NCBI GenBank assembly: GCA_965206595.1
Contig: OZ242214.1
Span: forward strand, 6,208,001 to 6,272,000
Direction: 5' to 3'
Source of the DNA: Candidatus Latescibacterota bacterium
Lineage (GTDB): Bacteria; Latescibacterota; UBA2968; UBA8231
Length of the DNA stretch: 64,000 bases
Shown here: in pieces, positions 1 to 9,133 of the stretch
Layout of the letters: each line of letters opens with the position of its first letter
Position numbering within the stretch: the stretch's first letter is position 1
The notes under the pieces: generated by a model
Database searches by the model: none
What the model was told of the DNA's origin: nothing
The model's input: the letters and a program-made list of their open reading frames with translations, nothing else
Position numbers and translations under genes: made by a program

Positions 1-59
1 GAGCTGCCGGTACGGGGTCCGGGCAACGGCTCCGCCGACGAACCGCGGTCAAGGGGGGA

Positions 60-1625
60 ATGATGGAGTCGAATCGGCGCAAGGTGCTGTGGGCGGACGA
101 TGAGATCGACATGCTCCGCTCACACTGCCTGTTCCTCAACGAGCGCGGCTACGAGGTGACCCCGGTCAGCAACGGGGAGGACGCGATAACACTGATGCGC
201 CGCGAGCATTTCGATATCGTGCTTCTCGACGAAATGATGCCCGGGCTCGACGGCCTCGCTACCGTCGAGGAAGTGAAAAACCAGGATCCCAACGTCCCTG
301 TGATCATGATCACCAAGAACGAGGAAGAGCACCTGATGGACGAGGCCATCGGCCGCCGCCTCGATGACTACCTGACCAAGCCGGTCAACCCGAGCCAGAT
401 CTTCATGGCCTGCCGGAAAATCCTCGACTCCAGGCAAATTCGCCAGAGCCAGGCCGGCCCGGCGTATGTGTCGCATGCCAACCAGATCCGCGAATGGCTT
501 TCAGGAACCCAGACTTGGCACACCTGGATCGACATCCACCGTCTGCTGTGCGAATGGGACATCGAGATCTCACGGATCGGCGACCGCGGACTGATGCGGA
601 TGATCGAGGACCAGCGGCGCGAGTGCAACCAGGAGTTCGCCCGTTATGTCGAGCGGGAATACCCGACCTGGGTGAAGAGCGAAGAGGACTCGCCGCCCTT
701 GTCGGTCGATGTCGTCTCCGAAAACGTCACACCGCATCTGCAAGCCGGGAAGCAGGTCTTCTTCATCGTCATCGATTGCCTGCGGCTCGATCAGTGGATA
801 ACGGTAGAACCATTGATTTCGGAATTTTTCAACGTGCGGCGGTCGCACTACTACTCGATCCTGCCTACGGCGACTCCCTACGCCCGCAACGCCCTTTTCA
901 GCGGCCTCTTTCCAAGCGAGATAGCGTCGAAGTACGCAGAGCAGTGGTCGACGGGAACCGACGACGAACAGAGCCTCAATCGTCACGAGCACCGCTTTCT
1001 CGACGACCTGATCGCCGCCGCGGGGATTGAACTCGCCGGGCCCACGCGCTACACCAAGATCCTCGAGGCGGGAGAGGGGCGGGATGCGGCGCGCCGAGTG
1101 GATTCGATGGGGACCGCCCCCTTGGTCGCGCTGGTCTACAACTTCCTCGACATGCTGGTCCACGGCCGTTCCAACTCCGAGCTCCTGCGGGAGATAGCCC
1201 CTGAGGAGAGTGCCTTCCGCTCCCTGGTGCAGTCGTGGTTCGAGCACTCCTCGCTGTTCGAGCTGCTGAAGAAGGTTGCGCGTATGGATGCCGTCGTCGT
1301 CCTGACGACGGATCACGGAGCCGTGCGCGGCAGGCGCGCGACCATGGTCCACGCCGACCGTCAGACATCCCCGAGCCTGCGCTACAAAAAGGGGCGGAAC
1401 CTGCGCTGCGATTCGAAGGACGCCCTGCTGATTGCGGAACCGCTCACGTACGGACTCCCCCACGCCGGGTTGGGGGGCAACTACCTGATCGCAAAGGAAG
1501 ATTTCTACTTCGTGTATCCCAGGAAATTCAATGAGTATCAGCGCCACTACAAAGACAGCTTCCAGCACGGCGGCATCTCCCTGGAGGAGATGATCCTGCC
1601 AGTGGTCACCCTTGAGCCGCGATGA
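60..1625 (+). CDS. porX: PorX-like response regulator: receiver domain plus PglZ/alkaline-phosphatase-superfamily domain
   Basis: N-terminal receiver (LWADDE, VLLDEMMPG, MITK, YLTKP). C-terminal PglZ motifs: VIDCLRLDQW, LPTATPYARNALFSG, TTDHG, SFQHGGISLEEMILP. Coupled to tsaE as in Bacteroidota. Confidence 0.88.
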   Translation: MMESNRRKVLWADDEIDMLRSHCLFLNERGYEVTPVSNGEDAITLMRREHFDIVLLDEMMPGLDGLATVEEVKNQDPNVPVIMITKNEEEHLMDEAIGRRLDDYLTKPVNPSQIFMACRKILDSRQIRQSQAGPAYVSHANQIREWLSGTQTWHTWIDIHRLLCEWDIEISRIGDRGLMRMIEDQRRECNQEFARYVEREYPTWVKSEEDSPPLSVDVVSENVTPHLQAGKQVFFIVIDCLRLDQWITVEPLISEFFNVRRSHYYSILPTATPYARNALFSGLFPSEIASKYAEQWSTGTDDEQSLNRHEHRFLDDLIAAAGIELAGPTRYTKILEAGEGRDAARRVDSMGTAPLVALVYNFLDMLVHGRSNSELLREIAPEESAFRSLVQSWFEHSSLFELLKKVARMDAVVVLTTDHGAVRGRRATMVHADRQTSPSLRYKKGRNLRCDSKDALLIAEPLTYGLPHAGLGGNYLIAKEDFYFVYPRKFNEYQRHYKDSFQHGGISLEEMILPVVTLEPR

Positions 1626-2125
1626 CGAGCGGGACCTCTGCGGAGGTATCGTCCTCCTGGCCGGATCCGGGTTTCACCGGCGGCGTGAAGACGACCCATT
1701 CGGCCGCCCAAACGCGGGCCTTGGGGGCTCGATTCGCCGCTCTGCTCAGTCCCGGAGAGCTGGTGGCTCTCAGCGGCGAACTGGGGGCCGGCAAGACCTG
1801 TTTCATCCAGGGAATCTGCACCGGGCTCGGCGTCGAAGAGACCGTTAACAGCCCGACATTCATCCTGATGAACCAGTACTCCGGACGTCGCCCCGGCATT
1901 GCGATTACCATCTCCCACTTCGATTTTTACCGCCTCTCGGGCGCTGGCGAGCTCGACAGCTTCGGGGCGGATGAATTCTTCGACGGAGATGGCATATGCT
2001 TGGTAGAGTGGGCGGAGCGGGCGTCGGAGCGGCTGCCGCCGCGGCGCTGGCAGGTTGAAATGGAGTACGACGGTGCCGGCTCGCGGTCGCTTCGCTTCTG
2101 CAAGCTCGGCATAGGGACCAGCTGA
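1622..2125 (+). CDS. tsaE: tRNA t6A biosynthesis ATPase TsaE
   Basis: LSGELGAGKT Walker A, VNSPTFILMNQY, HFDFYRL, LVEWAE. ATGA overlap with the upstream gene. Confidence 0.95.
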   Translation: MTSGTSAEVSSSWPDPGFTGGVKTTHSAAQTRALGARFAALLSPGELVALSGELGAGKTCFIQGICTGLGVEETVNSPTFILMNQYSGRRPGIAITISHFDFYRLSGAGELDSFGADEFFDGDGICLVEWAERASERLPPRRWQVEMEYDGAGSRSLRFCKLGIGTS

Positions 2126-2127
2126 CT

Positions 2128-2934
2128 ATGGAGAGTGCCAGATTGCCACGCCTGCAAGGAAAGCCGGCCAGCATGATTTTCACGTTGCTGTTGCTCTGCG
2201 CGAGCGCCTGGGCGCAGGAGGCGGAGCCGGTACGGCTGGTCGACAGCCCGACCGCCGGACTGACCTCCAAGGGGCGCTTCGGCATCGACCTGCGGCTGTT
2301 TTCGAACGGCGGTGTAATCGGCGAGGTGAACGCCGGGATCCTGAAGCGCATTGCGATCGGCCTTTCCTTCGGCGGCACGGAGATCATCGGCGACGACGCG
2401 GTTTCCTGGTATCCCCGTGTAGAGGCCGCGGCTCGCTATCGCGTGATCGAGGAGAGTTCGGCAATGCCGGGGGTAGCCATCGGATACGAAACCCAGGGGT
2501 ACGGCGCCTACGAAGAGAACCGCTACCAGATAAAATCGAAGGGACTGTTCGCGGCGTTCAGCAAGAACTACTCCTCCGCCGTGGGCCAGTTCGGCCTTCA
2601 TGCCGGAATCAACCTGACGCGCGAAGACGCGGACGACGGGGATCTGTCCGGGTGGTTGGGCGTCGACAAGAGGATCGGCAGGCAGCTGTCGATCGTCGGC
2701 GAGTACGACCTGGCCATCAACGACAACGGAGATGACACGCTGGGATCGGGAAAGGGCTACCTGAATTTCGGTGCATACTGGTCTGCGGTACCGAACATCG
2801 GTATCGGCATTCTGCTGAAAAACGTTCTCAGAAATCGGGACGCGCCGGAATCCGGAGACCCGGTTTATCAGCTATTATCTGCGGATCCCGACATCAGCCG
2901 AGAGATATCCATCCGCTATACCGAGGAGTTCTGA
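2128..2934 (+). CDS. Exported outer-membrane beta-barrel protein, YjbH-like
   Basis: Signal peptide (likely start ATG 2173, MIFTLLLLCASAWA-Q), 'LVDSPTAG' motif, alternating beta-strands, C-terminal Phe (RYTEEF). Confidence 0.6.
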   Translation: MESARLPRLQGKPASMIFTLLLLCASAWAQEAEPVRLVDSPTAGLTSKGRFGIDLRLFSNGGVIGEVNAGILKRIAIGLSFGGTEIIGDDAVSWYPRVEAAARYRVIEESSAMPGVAIGYETQGYGAYEENRYQIKSKGLFAAFSKNYSSAVGQFGLHAGINLTREDADDGDLSGWLGVDKRIGRQLSIVGEYDLAINDNGDDTLGSGKGYLNFGAYWSAVPNIGIGILLKNVLRNRDAPESGDPVYQLLSADPDISREISIRYTEEF

Positions 2935-2938
2935 GAGG

Positions 2939-4249
2939 ATGCTGACATCCCGGTTGATCATGGCATTGACTTCGCTGGCGCTGGCGATCCCGGTGTTTCC
3001 CCAGGAGGAGCGCGCTGTAGACCACTTCGCCGGGGTAGGGGTGCGGGCGATGGGGATGGGGGGAGCCTACGCGGGAGTAGCGGATGATTTCACCGCGATC
3101 TTCTGGAATCCGGCCGGACTGGTGCAGGTGCAGGAGCGGGAAGTCCATGTCGCCTTCCTGCGCAACGGGGTCACCAACGAATCGGAGCTGGAAGGCACCG
3201 GCTCGAGCTCCGAACTCAGCAACACGCGCTTCGGTTCGCTCGGATTCGTCTATCCCTACCCGGTGTACAGGGGCAGTCTAGTGTTCGCCGCCGGCTTCAA
3301 TCGCGTCAAGGATTTCGATTGGAGCTTGCGGGAGCGCGGCTTCGTCGCCGCCGACAGTCTGTCGTTCGACAACCACTTCAGCCATGAAGGGGAGCTGGCC
3401 ATGACTTCGGTGGCGGCTGCGGCGGACGTCTCCCCTTCGATCTCCCTCGGGGTCGCAGCCAGCCTGATTTCCGGGGAGGACGAGGCGGTCAACGAATACG
3501 AAACGCTGGATAGCGAAGACTACTTTCTCGAAAGGCGGTTCACGGCGAGAGAGGTCTTTGTCGACGACTACCAGACGACCTACCAGGTCACCCTGGGCGC
3601 CATGGTCCGGTCGCCCGTGGTGCGGTTCGGGTTGACGGTCGGGACCGGACCGACGCACGAAGTACGCTACACCTTCAAAGCACCTCCGGAGGCCGGCTGG
3701 AATTCGATCGAATACGACGACGGCTCGTTGGTGGAAACACCGAACGAGCCGATAAAGGATTCGTACGAGATCTCGTTGCCGCTCGAGTTCGGGGTCGGCG
3801 TGTCGCTACGTCCCGTTCCCGGGCTGCTGCTCGCCGCCGGTGTCCACGTGGCCGAGTGGACGCAGACCGAGTACCGCGGAAAAGACGAAAGCGAAGTACG
3901 GGCAAACACCTCCTTCGAGTCTCAGTACCGGGACGGGACCCGCTACCACTTCGGGGTTGAGTGGCAGGTGCCGGTGGTGGCCCTCGACCTGCGCGCGGGG
4001 TACTACACCGACCCGCTACCCTTCCTCGGTCCGCGCGATGCTAATCGGGAGGTCGACAGCGAGACGAATCCTCTCGTAATCGCCAAGCGGGACCGCGCCT
4101 TCCTGACCTTTGGCGCGGGCCTGGAAATGGAGGAGGCGGTAGAGGTGAATCTCGCCTGGAACCGCGGAACCTTCGAGCGCCTGGAGCATCCCTTGCAGGA
4201 AGAGGTCACCGTGGACCGGGCCTTCATAGGGTTGTCCTATCACTTCTGA
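2939..4249 (+). CDS. Outer-membrane barrel, FadL/OmpP1 (PorV-related) family
   Basis: Signal peptide; GVRAMGMGGAYAGVADDFTAIFWNPAGL signature; C-terminal beta-signal IGLSYHF. Confidence 0.8.
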   Translation: MLTSRLIMALTSLALAIPVFPQEERAVDHFAGVGVRAMGMGGAYAGVADDFTAIFWNPAGLVQVQEREVHVAFLRNGVTNESELEGTGSSSELSNTRFGSLGFVYPYPVYRGSLVFAAGFNRVKDFDWSLRERGFVAADSLSFDNHFSHEGELAMTSVAAAADVSPSISLGVAASLISGEDEAVNEYETLDSEDYFLERRFTAREVFVDDYQTTYQVTLGAMVRSPVVRFGLTVGTGPTHEVRYTFKAPPEAGWNSIEYDDGSLVETPNEPIKDSYEISLPLEFGVGVSLRPVPGLLLAAGVHVAEWTQTEYRGKDESEVRANTSFESQYRDGTRYHFGVEWQVPVVALDLRAGYYTDPLPFLGPRDANREVDSETNPLVIAKRDRAFLTFGAGLEMEEAVEVNLAWNRGTFERLEHPLQEEVTVDRAFIGLSYHF

Positions 4250-4262
4250 CCTCGCGGGAGCC

Positions 4263-4291
4263 TTGGATCGAACCGATACCGGGTGTATATT
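4263..4291 (+). promoter_or_regulatory. Putative sigma70-type promoter
   Basis: TTGGAT-N17-TATATT in an AT-rich intergenic gap upstream of the AGGAGG RBS of the next gene. Confidence 0.4.
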
Positions 4292-4371
4292 GAAAGAAAA
4301 TTGCCTGTGAAGGGTTGGGCAGCCAGTGCGAAAAAGACACAACAGGCTGAAAACAGGAGGTTGTGTTCATC

Positions 4372-5088
4372 ATGAAAAAAGGGACAGGAATTGTGATCGT
4401 CGGCCTGGGCGCCGTCAGCTTGTCGTTGAGCGGATGTTACACGGTGCTGAGTTCGCCGTACGCCGCCGATGATGCCAGGGAAGATGCCCGCTACGCCCGC
4501 TGGGAAGAGGAGATCATCAAGGACGGGTACGCACCTACCATCGGTCGTTTCGACGACCGCGACCGGTGGGACAGCCCGTACGACTATGGCCGCCAGGGTT
4601 TTCCGGTCTTCGGGTACAACTCCCAGTACGGCGCCTACGGAATGGGAGCCTTTAGCAGCCCCTACGGTGCGTATGGCGGCTACGGGGCGCCTTACAGCTA
4701 CGGCAATGATCCGTACTACAACAACGGCTACGGTCCCTACGGCTACGGCTACGATCCGTATTACGTGAACCCCGACGGGGTCTACGTGCCTCCAGGGTAC
4801 GAGCTGGTGACCACGTCGGAGCTCCTCCAGCTGAGGGAGGATGTCCGGGCCCTCACCAATACCACCCAGGATCATCTGCCCACGATCGATGAAGAGGCCT
4901 TGCGGATGCAGAGGATCGAGACCGACAGGCAGAACTGGCAGCGCCGCAACACTCCCCGCGCTACCAGAACCGCACCGACGACCAAGCGGGAGACAACCTC
5001 GACATCCTCCGCCCCGGCCGCCAAGCAGGCGACGGAAGAAGAATCTTCGGGCGAGTCGAATGCCGGGAGTAGACGAGGCCGCCGTTAG
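4372..5088 (+). CDS. Lipoprotein with Tyr/Gly-rich low-complexity region
   Basis: AGGAGG RBS at 4355-4360; lipobox LSGC; YGAYG/PYGYGYDPYY repeats; basic, disordered C-terminus. Confidence 0.75.
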   Translation: MKKGTGIVIVGLGAVSLSLSGCYTVLSSPYAADDAREDARYARWEEEIIKDGYAPTIGRFDDRDRWDSPYDYGRQGFPVFGYNSQYGAYGMGAFSSPYGAYGGYGAPYSYGNDPYYNNGYGPYGYGYDPYYVNPDGVYVPPGYELVTTSELLQLREDVRALTNTTQDHLPTIDEEALRMQRIETDRQNWQRRNTPRATRTAPTTKRETTSTSSAPAAKQATEEESSGESNAGSRRGRR

Positions 5089-5122
5089 CTGCCGGTTCAG
5101 CTCCGAAAATCGCACGACGAGA

Positions 5123-5160
5123 AGGCGGATGACCCGTTCCGGGCCATCCGCCTCTTTTTG
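5123..5160 (+). terminator. Rho-independent terminator
   Basis: AGGCGGATG-A-CCCG-ttc-CGGG-C-CATCCGCCT hairpin followed by CTTTTT, between convergent genes. Confidence 0.75.
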
Positions 5161-5190
5161 GTCCTTGGAGACACCTGCGGGCGGCTCGGC

Positions 5191-5910
5191 TCACTCTCCC
5201 GAGAGATCGAAATGCCGGCCTTCCAGCGTCGGCGGAGGTGCCACGCGTATCAGGAACTGCCTCAGCGGCCCCGTCAAGGCGGACAGCAACTGGCGCTCCC
5301 CGCCGTCCCCGCCGCCCAGCAGGTTGACCTGCATCGGTTGCCAGTTGCTGCTGCGCTGGCGTTGCTGGGTCCACGACCCGCCGGTCCGCAGGTTGATCAG
5401 CGAAAGTTTCAGGTCGACCGAGATGTTCATACCCGGCGTGTGCACCATCCCGTACCGGCTCGGGGATACCGGGGTCATCTGCGCCTGGAAGCTTTCCAGG
5501 ACGAGGTAGATCACCGCGTCGATCTCCAGCTCCTCTCGCAGGCCGGTGCGATTCTCCTCCGCAGCAAGCCAAGTGGAGTCGAAGAAAACTTCCTTGAAAT
5601 GCCAGCGGATCTCGTCCTGGGCGATCACGCGGCTCTCCGGGAGGTTGTGGCTGATCGACTTGGCCGTCGCATCGGTCAGGCGGCCCATCACCTTCTCTAT
5701 GTCCATGCCCCGAACCTCCTCGATGTTGGTTCCGGACAGGACGCCGATGGTCTCCACGTCCTTGAGCAGCGGGGAGAGTTCCGGATCCGGCAGCGCTGGC
5801 GCCCGGAACTCGACCTGCTTGAACGAGCCTTTGCCCGAGCGTCCGGCGCAACCGGCCAGCCCGAATACGAGCGCGGCGCCTACCAGGGCGACACTAAAAG
5901 CTTTTGCCAA
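5191..5910 (-). CDS. Outer-membrane lipoprotein of unknown function (CsgG/LpoB-like alpha/beta fold suspected)
   Basis: TTG start overlapping the Omp85 gene end; lipobox LAGC; 'LEIDAVIY...VDLKLSLINLRTG' pattern. Confidence 0.65.
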   Translation of the reverse strand: MAKAFSVALVGAALVFGLAGCAGRSGKGSFKQVEFRAPALPDPELSPLLKDVETIGVLSGTNIEEVRGMDIEKVMGRLTDATAKSISHNLPESRVIAQDEIRWHFKEVFFDSTWLAAEENRTGLREELEIDAVIYLVLESFQAQMTPVSPSRYGMVHTPGMNISVDLKLSLINLRTGGSWTQQRQRSSNWQPMQVNLLGGGDGGERQLLSALTGPLRQFLIRVAPPPTLEGRHFDLSGE

Positions 5911-8900
5911 AGCTGAAGTGCATGCGCCAGTCGGAGAAGTCCTTCAGGTCCGTCTGGCGGGCAAACTCGAAGTTCATGGGAGCCAGGAAGTAGACGAGCA
6001 GGCCGAATCCCACTCCGGCGCGCAGTTTGCGCGGCTCTCCCTCTTCTTCGCGCGGGGCGTCCGGCTGCATCAGCGGCCACGGTTCGAGTGTGTCTCCGTC
6101 CTTCCAGGTCCCACCGAGGTCGAAAAAGAAGCTGCCGTCGACCGCGGGGATGGCGAAGGTCCCGGGCCACCCGAAGGTAATGTTGCGGATGAAGGGAACC
6201 CGGACCTCGCTGTTGACCAGGAGGACGCGGCTTCCGGTGAACTCGGAGAACGGGTACCCTCGCAGCGGTCCGACGTTGAGGTTGTAACCCGGATAGAAGG
6301 GCAGAACCCAGGAGGGCCCGCCGAGATTGTAGGTAAGCCCGTCTCTACCCAGCGAGCCGACGCCGACCCCGCGCAGCCCCAGCACCGACCACCTGCCCAA
6401 GCGGACATAGTGACGATAGTCCGCTTCGATGTGGGAGAATGAGCGGTCGCCGCCGGTGAGAACCAGGGTGCGCCCGACCGAAAGGTAGTACTTGCGGCCC
6501 GACGTCGGACCGAGCAGGCCGTTGTTGAGCGAATCGTGGACGTAGGCGGTCTTGAACAGGTGGGTGCTGAAGCTCTCGATAGTCTCCGTTTCCGGCCAAA
6601 TCAGCTCCCGCCTCTCGTCGACAAAAGAGTAGCTCAACTCGACGCGGCGGTATATGTCGAGGGGATAGGTCGCGTCGGTCAACAGGCCCCCCTGACGGCT
6701 TCGTACCAATCCGCGCACCTGGCGGCCGCGAAAGAAAAACAGGCGGTTTTCGGTGTCGTTGAAATACTGATTCCAGTTGAAGATGGTGGCGCTGTAGGTC
6801 GGCCTTTGGCCGAAGTAGCTGTAGCCGACGGCAAAGGTTAAGTCGTTGTTGATCTCCCGCGAGCCGACGTAGTCGGTGAACATCACCAGCGAGTGGTTGC
6901 CGAGGAGGTCGCTCATGCTCAACTGGGCGATGCCTGACAGGAAGCCGTTGAAATACCCCATCTGAAACGAAACGCCGTCGAATTCCAGCGTGGGTGTATA
7001 GCGCCGTCGCGGCATTTCATCAAGGGCGAGCGCCCCGTTCCCTGCAAGGCCGGACTCGAGCTGAATACCACCGGAGGCCGCAACCGGTGGGACCGCCTCC
7101 GGGGAATCGGGTACTTCGGAAATCCCGGTGACAGCGTCCAGCGGCTGAGATGCCTCCGCCAGTTTGACCGCCTTCCCCTGACCGAAGGCCGCCTGATCCA
7201 GGAGAGAGGGAGCCGCATCGGCGAGGCCGTCCAGCGGCGTATCTCGAAGGACCGCCGCCAACGCTGACGTGTCCGCGGCTGCGGGGGTCACTGGCTCCGC
7301 CGCCTGAGGGGAAGCGGCCTCCGCCCCGCCCGGCCCGGACACCCGGGCAGCCAGCTCGGCATCCCTGCCCTTGATCTCCGGCCAGCTCGGCATGTCGAGC
7401 CGGTACAACTCCTGGCGGCCGTGATAATAGGTTCCCAGCACGATCTGCTTGCCGTCGGGGGACAGCGCCGGCGACATGACGCCGCTGATGGTGCGCGTGA
7501 TGCGGAACTCCCGACCCGTCTCCAGGTGTTGGACGAAGAGGTCGTTTATGCGCTCGCGCGTCGAGACGAAAAGCATCTTGTTGCCTTCGGGCAGCCACTG
7601 GGGCCACATATCGTCGGTCGGGCTGGAAATGAGGCCCCGGGTGCGGCCGGTCGCGACGTCGTACTCGCGAATGTCGAACTGGCCGTCGCGCTTGGCGCTG
7701 AACGCGATCCTGGCGCCATCCGGAGACCATGCCGGGTAGTCTTCGCGGGTCGGAGTGCCTGTCACCTGGGTCAGCTGCCGGGAGTCGACGTCCACATAGT
7801 AGATGTCGCTCTGGCCGTACCCCGTGCCGACGAACGCCAGGCGCCGGCTGTCGGGAGCCCAATCGAGGCCCCTGATGACCTCGAGGTCTTCGAAGACGAT
7901 GGTCCCGGTTACTTCCTTGTTGTAGAGGTCCCACAGAAGCAGCAGGTCCTTGGGCCCTTTTTTGGCGACGAAGGCGATGGTGCGGCCGTCGGGAGCCCAG
8001 GCGACCGAGCCCTGGCCGAAGGTCAGGTCGTCGAAAATCGCGGTGCGCATGCCCGTGGTGATGCGCTCGATAACCGTGCCGTTGCGCAGCCTGATGATGT
8101 CGATATGCTCCTCGACGCCGTCGGTGGAGAGCACGGCGAGCATGTCGCCGCTGAGGGACCAGCGCGGAGCCGCGTAGAGCGAATGGACGTCGTCGTCCTG
8201 CACGACCCGGGTGGCGAATTCCGAGACGTAGTCGCGGTTCTGCAACAGCGGCCAGTACTTCTTGCGCATGTGCGCCTGCCAGCGTTCGTCGAGGGTCTTC
8301 ATGTCGACGTCGAGCAGCCGTTCCAGGAGCTTGTCGGTGTCGGTCCGGCTGTCCCATACGCGGAGAATTCTGCTGATCTTCTCAGGGCCGTAGTTCGCCT
8401 CGATGTACTCCATCAGGCTGTGGCCCTGCTTGTAGGCGAGGAACGCATTGGGCAGGTAGTCCCAGGAAGAGTCCATCACCTCAAGGGGAATCAGCTCGTC
8501 GGTGAGGACGGCGTCGCGCAGCACCATCTCGTCGATGGTGCCCATGCCGGCCTCACCTTCGGCGAACTGCGCCAGCCCCTCCATGATCCAGGTGGGCGGG
8601 TGGGCGACCGGGTTGGTGATCCGTTTAACGGGTCCGCGGTTGACGATGTCGTACTGGAAGATGTGCATCAGCTCGTGCACGAGGACGTTGCGGAAGTTGT
8701 CGAGGTCGCCGTCGAAGGGGATGACCATGCGGTAGCGCAGCGGCTCGGCGAAGCCGGCCACCCCCGGAGGCAGGAAGGCCTGGATGATGTTGGTCTGCTG
8801 AAACTCGTAGTGCGACTTGAAGATTACGATCGGCGGTTTCGTCGAAAGCTCGTGGCGCATCAGGCCGCTGATGTGATCGTAGGCCTCCTCGAGAAAGAGG

Positions 8901-9133
8901 ATGGCGCTGTCGGCGAGATCCTCGAACTCCGGCTCGTAGTGAAGCAGCAGGTGCTCACTTTCGACATAGTGCCAGTCGAAGTCCTTGTAACGCACCTTGT
9001 TTTTGCCAAAGCCCTGGCGCAGTTGGGAAGACACGACGTCCTGGGCGGCCACCTCGCCGGCGCCAAGGAGGAGGCTCGCCAGAAGTGCTCCGAAGGGTCC
9101 GATGTATCGAATGCCGGGTTTCAAGACTCTCAC
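5894..9133 (-). CDS. Omp85-family barrel fused to an N-terminal zinc metallopeptidase (HEXXH) and a TolB-like PD40 beta-propeller
   Basis: Signal peptide; VLVHELMHIFQ...WIMEGLAQF; repeated WSPDG/WAPDG; LRGY loop motif; C-terminal MHFSFGKSF. Confidence 0.82.
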   Translation of the reverse strand: MRVLKPGIRYIGPFGALLASLLLGAGEVAAQDVVSSQLRQGFGKNKVRYKDFDWHYVESEHLLLHYEPEFEDLADSAILFLEEAYDHISGLMRHELSTKPPIVIFKSHYEFQQTNIIQAFLPPGVAGFAEPLRYRMVIPFDGDLDNFRNVLVHELMHIFQYDIVNRGPVKRITNPVAHPPTWIMEGLAQFAEGEAGMGTIDEMVLRDAVLTDELIPLEVMDSSWDYLPNAFLAYKQGHSLMEYIEANYGPEKISRILRVWDSRTDTDKLLERLLDVDMKTLDERWQAHMRKKYWPLLQNRDYVSEFATRVVQDDDVHSLYAAPRWSLSGDMLAVLSTDGVEEHIDIIRLRNGTVIERITTGMRTAIFDDLTFGQGSVAWAPDGRTIAFVAKKGPKDLLLLWDLYNKEVTGTIVFEDLEVIRGLDWAPDSRRLAFVGTGYGQSDIYYVDVDSRQLTQVTGTPTREDYPAWSPDGARIAFSAKRDGQFDIREYDVATGRTRGLISSPTDDMWPQWLPEGNKMLFVSTRERINDLFVQHLETGREFRITRTISGVMSPALSPDGKQIVLGTYYHGRQELYRLDMPSWPEIKGRDAELAARVSGPGGAEAASPQAAEPVTPAAADTSALAAVLRDTPLDGLADAAPSLLDQAAFGQGKAVKLAEASQPLDAVTGISEVPDSPEAVPPVAASGGIQLESGLAGNGALALDEMPRRRYTPTLEFDGVSFQMGYFNGFLSGIAQLSMSDLLGNHSLVMFTDYVGSREINNDLTFAVGYSYFGQRPTYSATIFNWNQYFNDTENRLFFFRGRQVRGLVRSRQGGLLTDATYPLDIYRRVELSYSFVDERRELIWPETETIESFSTHLFKTAYVHDSLNNGLLGPTSGRKYYLSVGRTLVLTGGDRSFSHIEADYRHYVRLGRWSVLGLRGVGVGSLGRDGLTYNLGGPSWVLPFYPGYNLNVGPLRGYPFSEFTGSRVLLVNSEVRVPFIRNITFGWPGTFAIPAVDGSFFFDLGGTWKDGDTLEPWPLMQPDAPREEEGEPRKLRAGVGFGLLVYFLAPMNFEFARQTDLKDFSDWRMHFSFGKSF

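Noticed and set aside
60-1625. BREX phage-defence PglZ
   Set aside because: Receiver-PglZ architecture next to tsaE is PorX-type; no brxC, pglX or brxL in view (upstream sequence is outside the window).
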